Source: Takakia lepidozioides (Eukaryota; Plantae; Bryophyta). From it: a DNA stretch of 64,000 nucleotides. Shown here piece by piece: positions 40,078 through 51,315 of this stretch (position 1 is the stretch's first letter; each line of letters starts with the position of its first letter). The notes under the pieces are model-generated. The model worked only from the letters and a program-made list of their open reading frames with translations. It had not been told where the DNA came from and made no database searches. Made by a program: the position numbers and the translations under genes. The stretch covers positions 67,828,001-67,892,000 of the forward strand of contig CM060731.1 of the NCBI GenBank assembly GCA_030704615.1. Reading direction: 5' to 3'.

Positions 40078-41060
40078 TTAGTCATCGGAGTCATCGTCAT
40101 AAATGGGTCGGCCCTCAAAAGGCACCTCCGAATCATCCTCCACCTCGTTTTCAATGGTCGTGTCTTCATCTCCTTCTCCAACATCCGTATTTTCTGGAGC
40201 TTCATCATATATGGTCCGGGATGCATTCTCCGGGGCGTCATCATCCTCTTCTATCCCTCTACTCAATCTCCAACATCAGCATCATTATGACCAGTCTCTC
40301 CCTCCACCGCAATTGCCTCACCCCATGAAGATCCAAGACCATGATAGATACGTCTTCCTCTTGGCTGAGCATGCACAACCACCTTCCAATTTCCCCCTCT
40401 TGTTTTATCATCGGAGAAAAAAACTTGCTCCATGTCTGAAGACCATGCAAAAGGCTCATCGGATGGACGATGAGTAGGGTTGAGCCTATTTGCATTGACG
40501 CGCATGAAACCACAATCATCTCGCACTAGTGTTGTTGAGGGCCCCACAAGATGTGGCTGGAACCACCTTCCTTTGAAGAGAAGAGGTCGGTACGTTGTAT
40601 ACTGAAGTTGGAGTATGCTCTCAAGCTCTCCAATGTACTCAAGTTTGCTCATAGCAGGTTGTGTATCTCTCTTGCCCCACATGGAGTCTTGCCAATATGT
40701 GGCACACAAGCCAGAATCAAACATTGTTTTGCGCTTCATGTCAAGAGCACGAATGCGGAAATAACGACCGTGATCCCAAATCGTCGTATATGAGGGGGGG
40801 GTGCTATTCCGTGAGCCTGGAGGCGTGAGCCCAAGAAACCGTGAGCCCAGCACAGGCTCACGCCACGTCAGCATACATACAGGGCCTATTTCCGCGGGTG
40901 TCACCTATTTCCGCGGGTTGATCAGCCATTTCCCGGGAATGCAGAGTGGATATGTTACATCCATTGTATCCATTGCATCCATGCAGACGTTATCAACATA
41001 CCAAGCCCTCACAAGTTTATGTGGGTACGTCGTGAGGAGGTGCACACTGACATGATCTAA
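40078..41060 (-). pseudogene. CACTA TnpD/Tnp2 transposase C-terminal fragment (DUF4216-like) with an acidic tail
   Basis: HGRYFRI...DSGL...YIGELESILQLQY...LFKGRWF...DDCGF..VN...DEPFAW...EQVFFSDD...WKVVV...PRG. Confidence 0.85.
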
Positions 41061-41084
41061 AGCGGAACCCTGCGAAATCTTTCT

Positions 41085-41735
41085 TACTCACCACCCTTGC
41101 GAACATGCCAGGTATGTGCGGGAGCATCATGGATGCTCATTAGATTTGAGAATGCCTCACAGCTCTTTGATGAGGTGGACTTCACCGTGATGGATTCACC
41201 AACCATTCTTCTAGCAGGAATGGTTTGGAGACCAACGACCAAATGATGCGAGAATGTTGTACACGAACCAAAGTCGTTTGTTTGTTTTTGCAATGCACTC
41301 AAGTCTGTGAGGTCCAGAAAACACTAAATAGATTGAAGGAACAATCTGGGCAGTCCATGCGACCCCCATCTCCAACAATAGTTTGTTCCCATTAATGTGC
41401 ATTCCACGCACACATTGCAAACAGGACAACAAGGACACACAACCATCCCATTTCAAATTTGGCCCCGAATAAAACCAAAAGAAAACTTCATATCAAGTGT
41501 CACAGTCATCAGAATCAGTCTCGACCTCCTGTGCTATGTCATCCACAAAGATTCTGGCCCCAACACCAGCAGCAGCATGTGCAGAGCAGTGTACGGGTGA
41601 ATTGAAGCCAGCGCCCTACCTTTAAAATTCTATTTGCGATCTGCCAGAGAAAGGCAGCCAACTTTGCAGGTCTGGTTTTGACCCATATGCCTTTCCAGAT
41701 TATTTGCCATCGCTCGTTTTGAAATCCATAGGCTC
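41085..41735 (-). mobile_element. Degenerate 3' fragment of a LINE (zf-RVT region)
   Basis: RWQIIWKGIWVKTRPAKLAAFLWQIANRILKVG matches the zf-RVT consensus W..IW....P.K...FLW......L.vg; stops and frameshifts follow. Confidence 0.55.
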
Positions 41736-42038
41736 TTCTACCACGGCCGTCGATGGGTGGACTCCGAGTGCCATGAACGGTCATGCTTGTTGCGAGTGCC
41801 TCCGCATAGACAAGTAGCACGCAAGACCGAGGAGGACTGGAAAGAAGTCCAAATAGGTGTGATAGCCCTGGAGGGCAAGTGGAAGCATGCGGACTCCTGC
41901 ACATGTCGACAAAAACCCATTCAGAACACAATATGCAATACACAAGTCCAACGAAGAGGATGTCTGCCATGTGAACTTTGCCTCAAGAACAGTGATTCTC
42001 GATATTGAAACAACAATGCAAGCATCCACAAGTTGAAC

Positions 42039-45000
42039 TTACTCACAGGCAAAGTCGGAGTCCAGCTCCTTGTCGGAAGTCTCCTCTGTATCAATATCAG
42101 CGGGACGGGGCTTCGGAAGGACTTGAGAAGTGTGTCCACCCAAACCCATCAGGAGGTTCTTATAAATCTCAGCATCCCCTTCAATCCCAAAGAGATGTCG
42201 CGCACTGGCCTTGCAAGCGTGGTACGAAGCACCTGCAGTGGAATAGAATGAAGGAAGCAGACATTGAAGACACATATGGAACGGTGGGAAGTACTGAAAG
42301 TGCAAGCTCAATCAAACCTCATGAAATCTGAATGTTGAAGAGACGAACCTGTGCCCATTGACAAATCCAGAACTCTGGCATCTGTGTAGGTGCAGCACTC
42401 CACAATCGTTTGAATGAAAGCCGGGCTCCTCTCCCTCGCCCCTCTCCAAGGAACCCCATTCCCCCTTCACAAGCAGACGTTGTTGTCGACGTAGTTGTGG
42501 TGCATGTCATCCGTGGGAGGATCTGTCCTGTCGTCTATGAACTTGCCCCCATGAGTGATGGCGAACTCCGAAATGCCGGCCGGAGTCGTTGGTGGATGCA
42601 CTCGGACGAGACAAATAGCTTCAAACAAACGAGTCTGCGAACAACACATCCAGAAGGAACTAAGAAGCTTCAAAAATCAGGCCCCTACATATGAGTTCGA
42701 GCGACCTACACAACTCCATCCGAGAACCACCAAGAAGAGGAAGAAGAAGGCAAATTTACCATCTGTCCCGGACGATCCCCCTTCGTAAGGTACATGCTGT
42801 TCACACAATTCCATGTCTTCAGGACTCTCTATGAGCACCAAAACACCTGCATCGGACAGGAAAAAATTGCAAAAGGAGAAAACCCACCGCCAGTAGCGCT
42901 CATCAAAAGCATTCCAACCCAGACAAGCACCCGATGGAGGGACATCCGGGACTGCCAACCCATCAGGGATGTCCAAGATTATGAGTTCGGCTGCATATTG
43001 CTTCTCCTCCCCGTTCACCCAAGATTTGGTCATTTTAGCCTGCAAACAAAATTACAATGGAATACTCAAGAGGATTGAAACGATCCATGCCCACTACAGA
43101 GAAGAAGCAAAAGAGAACACGCACCGTGCCGAGGAACTCTACAATCCTCTCCCACACTGGTGATGGCTCGCCCTTGTAATCAGATTTCTTGGACTCCATC
43201 ATGGCAAGGAATCCAACGTTGGCCATCTCCAACCTGGTAGGGCGAATGACCCTCGTTGGATGTTCCACTGCATGGTACGGGTCCTTGGGATCAACCACCC
43301 CCTTGTTCTTTCTCACGGATCCCCTACCATGCGGTGGAGTCTGCTGGACATGCACCACTGGGCCAATATCTGCAACACTTCCCTGCCCTTGTGCCACCTT
43401 CCCTCTACCCCTTCCTTTCCCCACAACACCAACAACATCTTTTCCCTTTGCCTTTCTACCTCTACCCGGGGTATCCTGAGCGGGAGGCTCCTTCTCTGCA
43501 AGAGTCCTCAAATTTCGTTCATGAATGTCGAGGTCGGCTGCTGCGGCAGTGGCTGCAATTCGCTCATTCTCTCTCCTCAAAGACCCCTCCGGAGCTGGGG
43601 TCTCAGAAGGAGGGCAATCCAAATATCAACCACAAGAAGAAAGATGGTCTGGGCCCCAGTCATGCAAGATCCCAGTAGTAAACATGGTCTGATTGCCAGC
43701 AGGGACAAGCCAGAGGTCCACGAAATCTGGATGTTTGTCCAAGCAATTCTCTTCCATGAGAACAAACTTTATGTACCTGCAGGAACAGAGACAGCCTCAT
43801 TATGCAATGCAATTATTGTCTCTCAGCTTTTCCATCACACCAGGAAGACCCCCTTAAACTGTATGCGTCACAGTACATTGCAACCACAGCACACTAAGTA
43901 GCCTAAACGGCCAGGGTGTGCACCTGTAAAGGCATCGTTTCCAGGCTTCCTCTCCTTTTTCTTGCTGGTCAAGGTCATGTGTTCGACTGATGCCACCCTC
44001 CTTGCTGAACTCTCTAAAGAAACAAGAGTGCCACACTGTGGCTCTCCATTTCCTCATGTATGCTTCAAAGGAGACCTTCGGTGCTGTCATAGTGATGCCA
44101 TAGTCAGCCAGCTGAGTATGCAGAACCGACCGTGCCCTTTCTTCCAACTGCAAAACAATTCAAATGCAAGAATGAACCCAAAAAAAATCATAGCGAATGT
44201 GAGAGGCAATGGAAAGAGAAGGACAGGAAAAGAGAAAAGAAAGTGACACAGGAAAGGACATCACACCTGGCTCCAGTAAGTGGCCTTGTGAAGCCATGTG
44301 TCCAGCACATTGTCACTGACAGAAATGACACGCTGGGTCTTCTTCTCTTTCTCCGGCCTGGGGAACATGTGGGTATCCCTAACTGTGGGATCGGAGTTCC
44401 ATATCTGCAGCCACTTCACCTTCTGTTCTGAAGACACAACGGCGGTAGACAACCTGTGTAACTTCTCCTGGGCCATCTCTAGCTTGCCTGGCTTATTATA
44501 ATGGTTTTTTATCTCCAGGAGAAACTGCGATCCGAATGATGGGTCGGCAATTCTCAACTGCTTCACAAAAGCACTCATTATAGTCCTTCTTGTAGCGGTC
44601 ATCTCTTTCTGGATGTGACTCTCAACCCCCTTTGCTGTCCTTCTCTCCTCAGGGGTTGACCTGTAGTATTCCAGTTTGCCACGCTCCCCTGCATCTGCAA
44701 TGTCTTGCTGCAAGGGAATGCACGAGAGTTGCATCAACCCAAGGGCAAGGGAAACAAACAGAAACAAACATGTGGAAGCAGGAATATGGAAAGGGCAGAT
44801 GAAGGAAGATGTATCTCACCGTGTACATGTACTCCATGAAAGCCTCACGTGTCAACGAGTACCACGTTTCCGATGTCTTGGAGCTTTCGCACTTCTTGTA
44901 CGTCTCTGCTGAAAGGATGGTCTTGAAGTTGGTCAAGGGCATCTGCCCGATCCTTTGTATCCTATACAGTGTGTGAACCAGACTCGTTTTGACATGCGAT

Positions 45001-45703
45001 GTCTCCGTTCCTCTGCAGAATGATATCTGAAAGTCAGAATGAAATTCAAGGACTTTAATCAAAGAACCACGGAACTACAAGTGGAACATGTAGAATGAGA
45101 AACCAACCTGTTCACATCATTCATTGCCGTCAAAAGACCCATCATGTTCCCCTCATAATCCAGCACCATCGATCGAACAGAGTAATGCCACTCTTCCTCC
45201 TGTGAGTGCAGCCTCCCAATAACAGCCATCCATGCAAGCAACCGGTGGTTCCCATCCCAAACGTGAAACATCTTCCCCGAGAATGCCTGGGTGGAAGGTT
45301 TCCTGGAGAGAAGAAGTTCGAAGGATTCGTTCACCTGTCTCCAAATAGGATCCCAGGAGTCCATGATTGACTCATCCACAAGGAGCTCATTGCCTGTGGA
45401 ATCCTTTGTACAAACGTAAAACACTACGGATCCATCCAAATACCCATCAACAAACTCGGCCTCTAGCTTGAGAATGTCCTTGATGAGGGGTGGTTGAACA
45501 ACGGGCATGGAAACCATCCTACATAGGGGAATCTTCAACCTCCCACCCGGGGCAAGCATACTTTGCACCACAAGCTGAGAGTTTACCTTCTGACCCCCCA
45601 GCATCTCAGCGGCTTTGCTTTCATAGAACTCATCGTCAACATCAACAATGATCTCTTTCCCCAGCCCCGAAGGGATCTCCTCCGCCACACTTTGCATCTT
45701 CTC
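42039..45703 (-). pseudogene. Spliced ParB/Srx-like + beta-class (N4C/N6A) DNA methyltransferase fusion gene, disrupted; exons 45703-45108, 45012-44820, 44707-44267, 44147-43924, 43776-43125, 43039-42760, 42634-42349, 42232-42039
   Basis: ParB-like FHVWDGNHRLLAW. Motif-IV-like ELIILDIPDG followed by L..aGvlvli. SAM-binding block ERSPAFIQTIVECCT...RVLDLSMGTG|ASYHACKASARHLFGIEGD. Seven GT-AG introns. In-frame TGA at 43626-43628 and 42467-42469 and a frameshift near 42825. Confidence 0.8.
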
Positions 45704-45794
45704 CTGCAGGGTTGTCCATTCAAATTGATATAAGAGTGAGGCATAAGACGATGGTGTTTGAGCATGGCAGACAGGTCATGTGTGGAAGAAAATG

Positions 45795-48700
45795 TGAGCT
45801 CAAACAGTGTGCGTTGACGCACACTGTTTGAGCTGCAAGATAAGTAATCATTGAACCTCAAAGACATGCCACATAAGTGTTCATTGAACCTCAATGAGAA
45901 GCCCTTAGTGGCCGATTTTCAGATGAAAAAAAAAAGAAAATGTGAGCTCAAACAGTGTGCGTTGACGCACACTGTTTGGGCTGCAAGGTAAGTGTTCATT
46001 GAACCTCAGAGACATGCCAGGTAAGTGTTCATTGAACCTCAAAGAGAAGCCCTTAGTGGCCGATTTCAGATGACAAATGCAATGACAAGGTGACCTCAAA
46101 CAGTGTGCGATGACGCACACTGTTTGAGCTGCCAGGTAAGTGTTCATTGAACCTCCGAGACATGCCCTTTATTGCCGAATTTCACAGGGAAAAAACAGTG
46201 ACAAGGTCTGCTCAAACAGTGTGCGGCAACGCACACTGTTTGAGCTGCCAGATAAGTGTTCATCGATCCTCAGAGACATGCCCTATGTGGCCGATTTTCA
46301 AATGAAAAAGGCAATGATAAGGGTAGCTCAAACAGTGTGCAGCAACACACACTGTTTTGAGCTGCCAGGTAATTGATGATTGATCCTCAAATACAAACCC
46401 TATGTTGCCGATTTTCAAATGACAAAGGCAATGACATGGTGAGCTCAAACAATGTGCGTTGACGCACACTGTTTGAGCTGCCAGGTAAGTGTTCATTGAA
46501 CCTCCGAGACATGCCCTGTATTGCCGAATTTCACAGGGAAAAAACAGTGACAAGGTGTGCTCAAACAATGTGCGGCAACGCACACTGTTTGAGCTGCCAG
46601 GTAATTGATCATTGATCCTCAAATACAAACCCTATGTTGCCGATTTTCAGATGACAAAGGCAATGACATGGTGAGCTCAAACAGTGTGCGTTGACGCACA
46701 CTGTTTGAGCTGCCAGGTAAGTGTTCATTGAACCTCCGAGACATGCCCTGTATTGCCGAATTTCACAGGGAAAAAACAGTGACAAGGTGTCCTCAAACAG
46801 TGTGCGGCATCGCACAGTGTTTGAGCTGCCAGGTAATTGACGATTGATCCTCAAATACAAACCCTATGTTGCCGATTTTCAGATAACAAAGGCAATGACA
46901 TGGTGAGCTCAAACAGTGTGCGTTGACGCACATTTTTTGAGCTGCCAGGTAAGTGTTCATTGAACCTCCGAGACATGCCCTGTACTGCCGAATTTCACAG
47001 GGAAAAAACAGTGACAAGGTGTCCTCAAACAGTGTGCGGCATCGCACACTGTTTGAGCTGCCAGGTAATTGATGATTGATCCTCAAATACAAACCCTATG
47101 TTGCCGATTTTCAGATAACAAAGGCAATGATATGGTGAGCTCAAACAGTGTGCGTTGACGCACACTGTTTGAGCTGCCTGGTAACTGTTCATTGAACCTC
47201 CGAGACATGCCCTGTATTGCCGAATTTCACAGGGAAAAAAAGTGACAAGGTGTGCTCAAAGAATGTGCGGCAACGCACACTGTTTGAGCTGCCAGGTAAG
47301 TGTTCATTGAACCTTCGAGACATGATTGCCAAATTTCACAGGAAAAAAACAGTGACAAGGTGTGCTCAAAGAGTGTGCGACAACGCACACTGTTTGAGCT
47401 CCCAGGTAATTGATGATTGATCCTCAAATACAAACCATATGTTGCCGATTTTTAGATGACAAAGGCAATGACATGGTGAGCTCAAACAGTGTGCGTTGAC
47501 GCACACTGTTTGAGCTCCCAGGTAAGTGTTCATTGAACCTCCGAGACATGCCCTGTATTGCCGAATTTCACAGGGAAAAAACAGTGACAAGGTGTCCTCA
47601 AACAGTGTGTGGCAACTCACACTGTTTGAGCTGCCAGGTAATTGATGATTGATCCTCAAATACAAACCCTATGTTGCCGATTTTCAGATGACAAAAGCAA
47701 TGACATGGTGAGCTCAAACAGTGTGCGTTGACGCACACTGTTTGAGCTGCCAGGTAAGTGTTCATTGAACCTCCGAGACATGCCCTGTATTGCCGAATTT
47801 CACAGGGAAAAAATAGTGACAAGGTGTGCTCAAACAATGTGCGGCAACGCACACTATTTGAGCTGCCAGGTAATTGATGATTGATCCTCAAATACAAACC
47901 TTATGTTGCCGATTTTCAGATGACGAAGACAATGACATGGTGAGCTCAAACAATGTGCGTTTGACGCACACTGTTTGAGCTGCCAGGTAAGTGTTCATTG
48001 AACCTCCGAGACATGCCCTGTATTGCCGAATTTCACAGGGAAAAAACAATGACAAGGTGTGCTCAAACAGTGTGCGGCAACGTACACTGTTTAAGCTACC
48101 AGGTAATTGATGATTGATCCTCAAATACAAACCCTATGTTGCCGGTTTTTAGATGACAAAGGCAATGACATGGTGAGCTCAAACAGTGTGCGTTCACGCA
48201 CACTGTTTGAGCTGCCAGGTAAGTGTTCATTGAACCTTTGGGACATGCCCTGTATTGCCAAATTTCACAAGGAAAAAACAGTGACATGGTGTGCTCGAAG
48301 AATGTGCGGCAACGCACACTGTTTGAGCTGCCACGTAATTGATGATTGATCCTCAAATACAAACCCTATGTTGCCGATTTTCAGATGACAAAGGCAATGA
48401 CATGGTGAGCTCAAACAGTGTGCGTTGACGCACACTGTTTGAGCTGCCAGGTAAGTGTTCATTGAACCTCCGAGACATGCCCTGTATTGCCGAATTTCAC
48501 AGGGAAAAAACAGTGACAAGGTGTCCTCAAACAGTGTACGGCATCGCACACTGTTTGAGCTGCCAGGTAATTGATGATTGATCCTCAAATACAAACCCTA
48601 TGTTGCCGATTTTCAGATATCAAAGGCAATGACATGGTGAGCTCAAACAGTGTGCGTTGACGCACACTGTCTGAGCTGCCAGGTAAGTGTTCATTGAACC

Positions 48701-49207
48701 TCCGAGACATGCCCTGTATTGCCGAATTTCACAAGGAAAAAATAGTTACAAGGTGTGCTCAAAGAATGTGCGGCAACGCACACTGTTTGAGCTGCCACGT
48801 AATTGATGATTGATCCTCAAATACAAACCCTATGTTGCCGATTTCAGATGACAAAGGCAATGACATGGTGAGCTCAAACAATGTGCATTTGACGCACACT
48901 GTTTGAGCTGCCAGGTAAGTGTTCATTGAACCTCCGAGACATGCCCTGTATTGCCGAATTTCACAGGGAAAAAACAGTGACAAGGTGTCCTCAAACAGTG
49001 TGCGGCAACTCACACTGTTTGAGCTGCTAGGTAATTGATGATTGATCCTCAAATACAAACCCTATGTTGCCGATTTTCAGATGACAAAAGCAATGACATG
49101 GTGAGCTCAAACAGTGTGCGTTGATGCACACTGTTTGAGCTGCCAGGTATGTGTTCATTGAACCTCCGAGACATGCCCTGTATTGCCGAATTTCATAGGG
49201 AAAAAAC
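45795..49207. repeat. Tandem array of ~29 x 116-bp monomers (232-bp A/B dimers), each with a 36-40-bp palindrome
   Basis: Consensus hairpin GCTCAAACAGTGTGCG-(TTGA/GCAA)-CGCACACTGTTTGAGC with alternating linkers; the ORF track shows the 232-bp period. Confidence 0.97.
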
Positions 49208-49536
49208 TGTCAAGTTATTTTACCACTAGTGTGAAACTAGCTAGGAAATAGCTAGCTTTTACATATTGACATTTGGGATTGGCCCAAGTGTCAATCCAGG
49301 GGTCAAGGCATATTTAGGCCCTGGAGTGGTTATCTTCACGGCAAGTGCGGGAGGCTCATCTTTCTCGAGTTGAGCCTCACCGCGCCTAGCTATGGCGCCG
49401 TAGTGTGGATTCCCCATGGCGTGGGGTGCACTTGGCTTGACTTGTATTTGAGTGATGAGGTTATATATGCATGAGTTTATGCTTCAGCTTTGTGAGCTCG
49501 CATGAGCTCGTGCTTGTATTCTTCCTCTTTATCACT
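49208..49536 (+). mobile_element. 329-bp 5' fragment of the LTR found at 24038-24366
   Basis: Near-identical to the reverse complement of 24038-24366 and starts with TG. Confidence 0.92.
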
Positions 49537-49539
49537 ATT

Positions 49540-50080
49540 GTGTGGACTAGTGACTGCCATAGTGGGCAGCGTAGTGGCAGCCTAGTGACTGACTAGTTGT
49601 AGCCTAGTGGTTGGCTTAGTGGCTGGACTAGTGGTAGACTAGTGGTATACTAGTGTGTGGTGTGCACATGTGTTGTGTGGTTTTGGACAGCGATGTAGTT
49701 GTGTAGCGATATGTATGCGCACGACACATTGTCCAATAAGAACTTTCGATTGCCAAACATGGAAATGCGACACCGCATTTCCAAAACAGACATCGTTGAT
49801 TGTCCAATTCCAGACCCTTCGATGGAAATGCGGCACCGCATTCCATTGTCCAATAAGAAAATTTGATGACGGACATGGACAAGCATTAGCGATTGGACAT
49901 GCTTGGACAATTCAAGGTCCAATATGGAAATGCGGTGCCGCATTTCCAATTCGAAGTATGGTAATGCCATGTTAAGAAATGAAATGTCGTACAACATATC
50001 CGTTACGACCACAACGGAGGAAAGGGAGCTGCCAGAAATCGCTGCATGGTGAAAAATGAAATGCGGTCCCGAATTTCCGA
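49540..50080. repeat. Cluster of CTAGTG short repeats and dispersed 22-bp palindromes GGAAATGCGGCACCGCATTTCC
   Basis: About 10 (c)tagtg units at 49547-49655; palindrome copies at 49761, 49824, 49926 and 50058, with a related copy at ~51195. Confidence 0.75.
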
Positions 50081-50324
50081 GCTTCAGCATGTACATGTTT
50101 CCTTTTACTCATACATGGATTTCCTTCACCTCAGGACTCTGATATCGCTAACTCTGGTATATTCATGTGGACAGACACATTGTAGAAATGAGACCACAAA
50201 TTGTAAACAGTGGGCCAATTACGGCAGTTCTTGAACACATTGAAACAGAGCACACAGAAATGAGGTACGATGGGTTGTTTTATTGATCGAAACGGTGTCT
50301 CACATTTAGCAACTCCAGACAAAT

Positions 50325-50990
50325 CTAAGCCCTTCCTCCTTCTACATGGGCGTCACCAAGTCGATAGAACTTCGATAGCCTCAAAACAAGCTCATTACTG
50401 ATGCGGCACCTGGAGGTAAACTGCAATGCGGTCGTTCTGGTGCCCTTGATGGAGCTGATGACAATGTCATGCCCATCAATGATACCACCATCATATATTG
50501 ACAAGGTCACTGTGGGCCTCATGTGCCCGTGCGATTTGTCTTTGCAACTCAGCCGAATGTCTCCATACACTAGAAGAGCGGAGTGAACTCCACGAATATA
50601 GTTTTCCTTGGTGCTGTCCTCCCTGGTCCACTGGCAGCAGTTCCAGCGCCAAAGCGAGGCCGTGCGTGATCTGTCCGACATCCCATTCCACCTTGGTATA
50701 TCGAGGTCAACAATTTTCAGGACCCACGGACCACATTGACCCTCGCCCTCACCTCGCTCAAAGCGGTAATAGCCCTCAAAATACTCCATTGCGCGCAAAG
50801 ACTCCCGCTTGATTCCACAAGCGTCAGTGAAAACAGAGAGCCAGACAATGATGTCTCCTGATTCTGGTTTGAACTAGCATAATCGTGGCCATGATAAGGG
50901 CAGTTAGCAGGATTTCGGCGGCACGGCATCCTTGAAAAAGATTAGCGGAGTACGCTTAATGACAGAGGCAACAGCGCGGTGGCTGAAAGA
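50325..50990 (-). pseudogene. Frameshifted paralogue of the unknown 225-aa protein at 51316-51993
   Basis: Shares RMPC.RN...CPY.G.DYA, GDI.vW, EY..G.Y.FERG, PW.L.I.D.D.P, RWNCCQWT, YGDIR and LSI.DGG.I.GHDIV; frameshift near 50860. Confidence 0.8.
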
Positions 50991-51315
50991 AGTTCAAGCA
51001 AACGCTACAATTCCTCACAAACACTCCAGGGCACGTTTAAATTTCCCCCCTACATGAACCTGCACGGATGAAGATTGGCTGCTCCATGAATATAGCTGTT
51101 TCAGTTTCCTTCCCTGCCATGCAAACTATGGGCAATAAGTGCCAGGTGGGCCTATAGCCACTCGAAACGACGAAGTCCATCCCCCCTTCGATGTAAATTC
51201 GGCGCCGAATTTCCATCCGGGGGATGGACTTCGGTGGCAGATTTCAAACTACCCGTGGATGAGAAAGAGGTATCGGTTCATCCACCGCTAGTGTGATGAA
51301 CATGTTACACGATGA

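Noticed and set aside
46260-49058. Repeated 80-120-aa ORFs (MYLRINHQLPG...)
   Set aside because: By-products of the 232-bp repeat; the unit length is not a multiple of 3 and the starts are non-ATG.
45795-49207. CRISPR array (regularly spaced palindromic repeats)
   Set aside because: The intervening sequences are two alternating repeated linkers rather than unique spacers; there are no cas genes and the context is eukaryotic.
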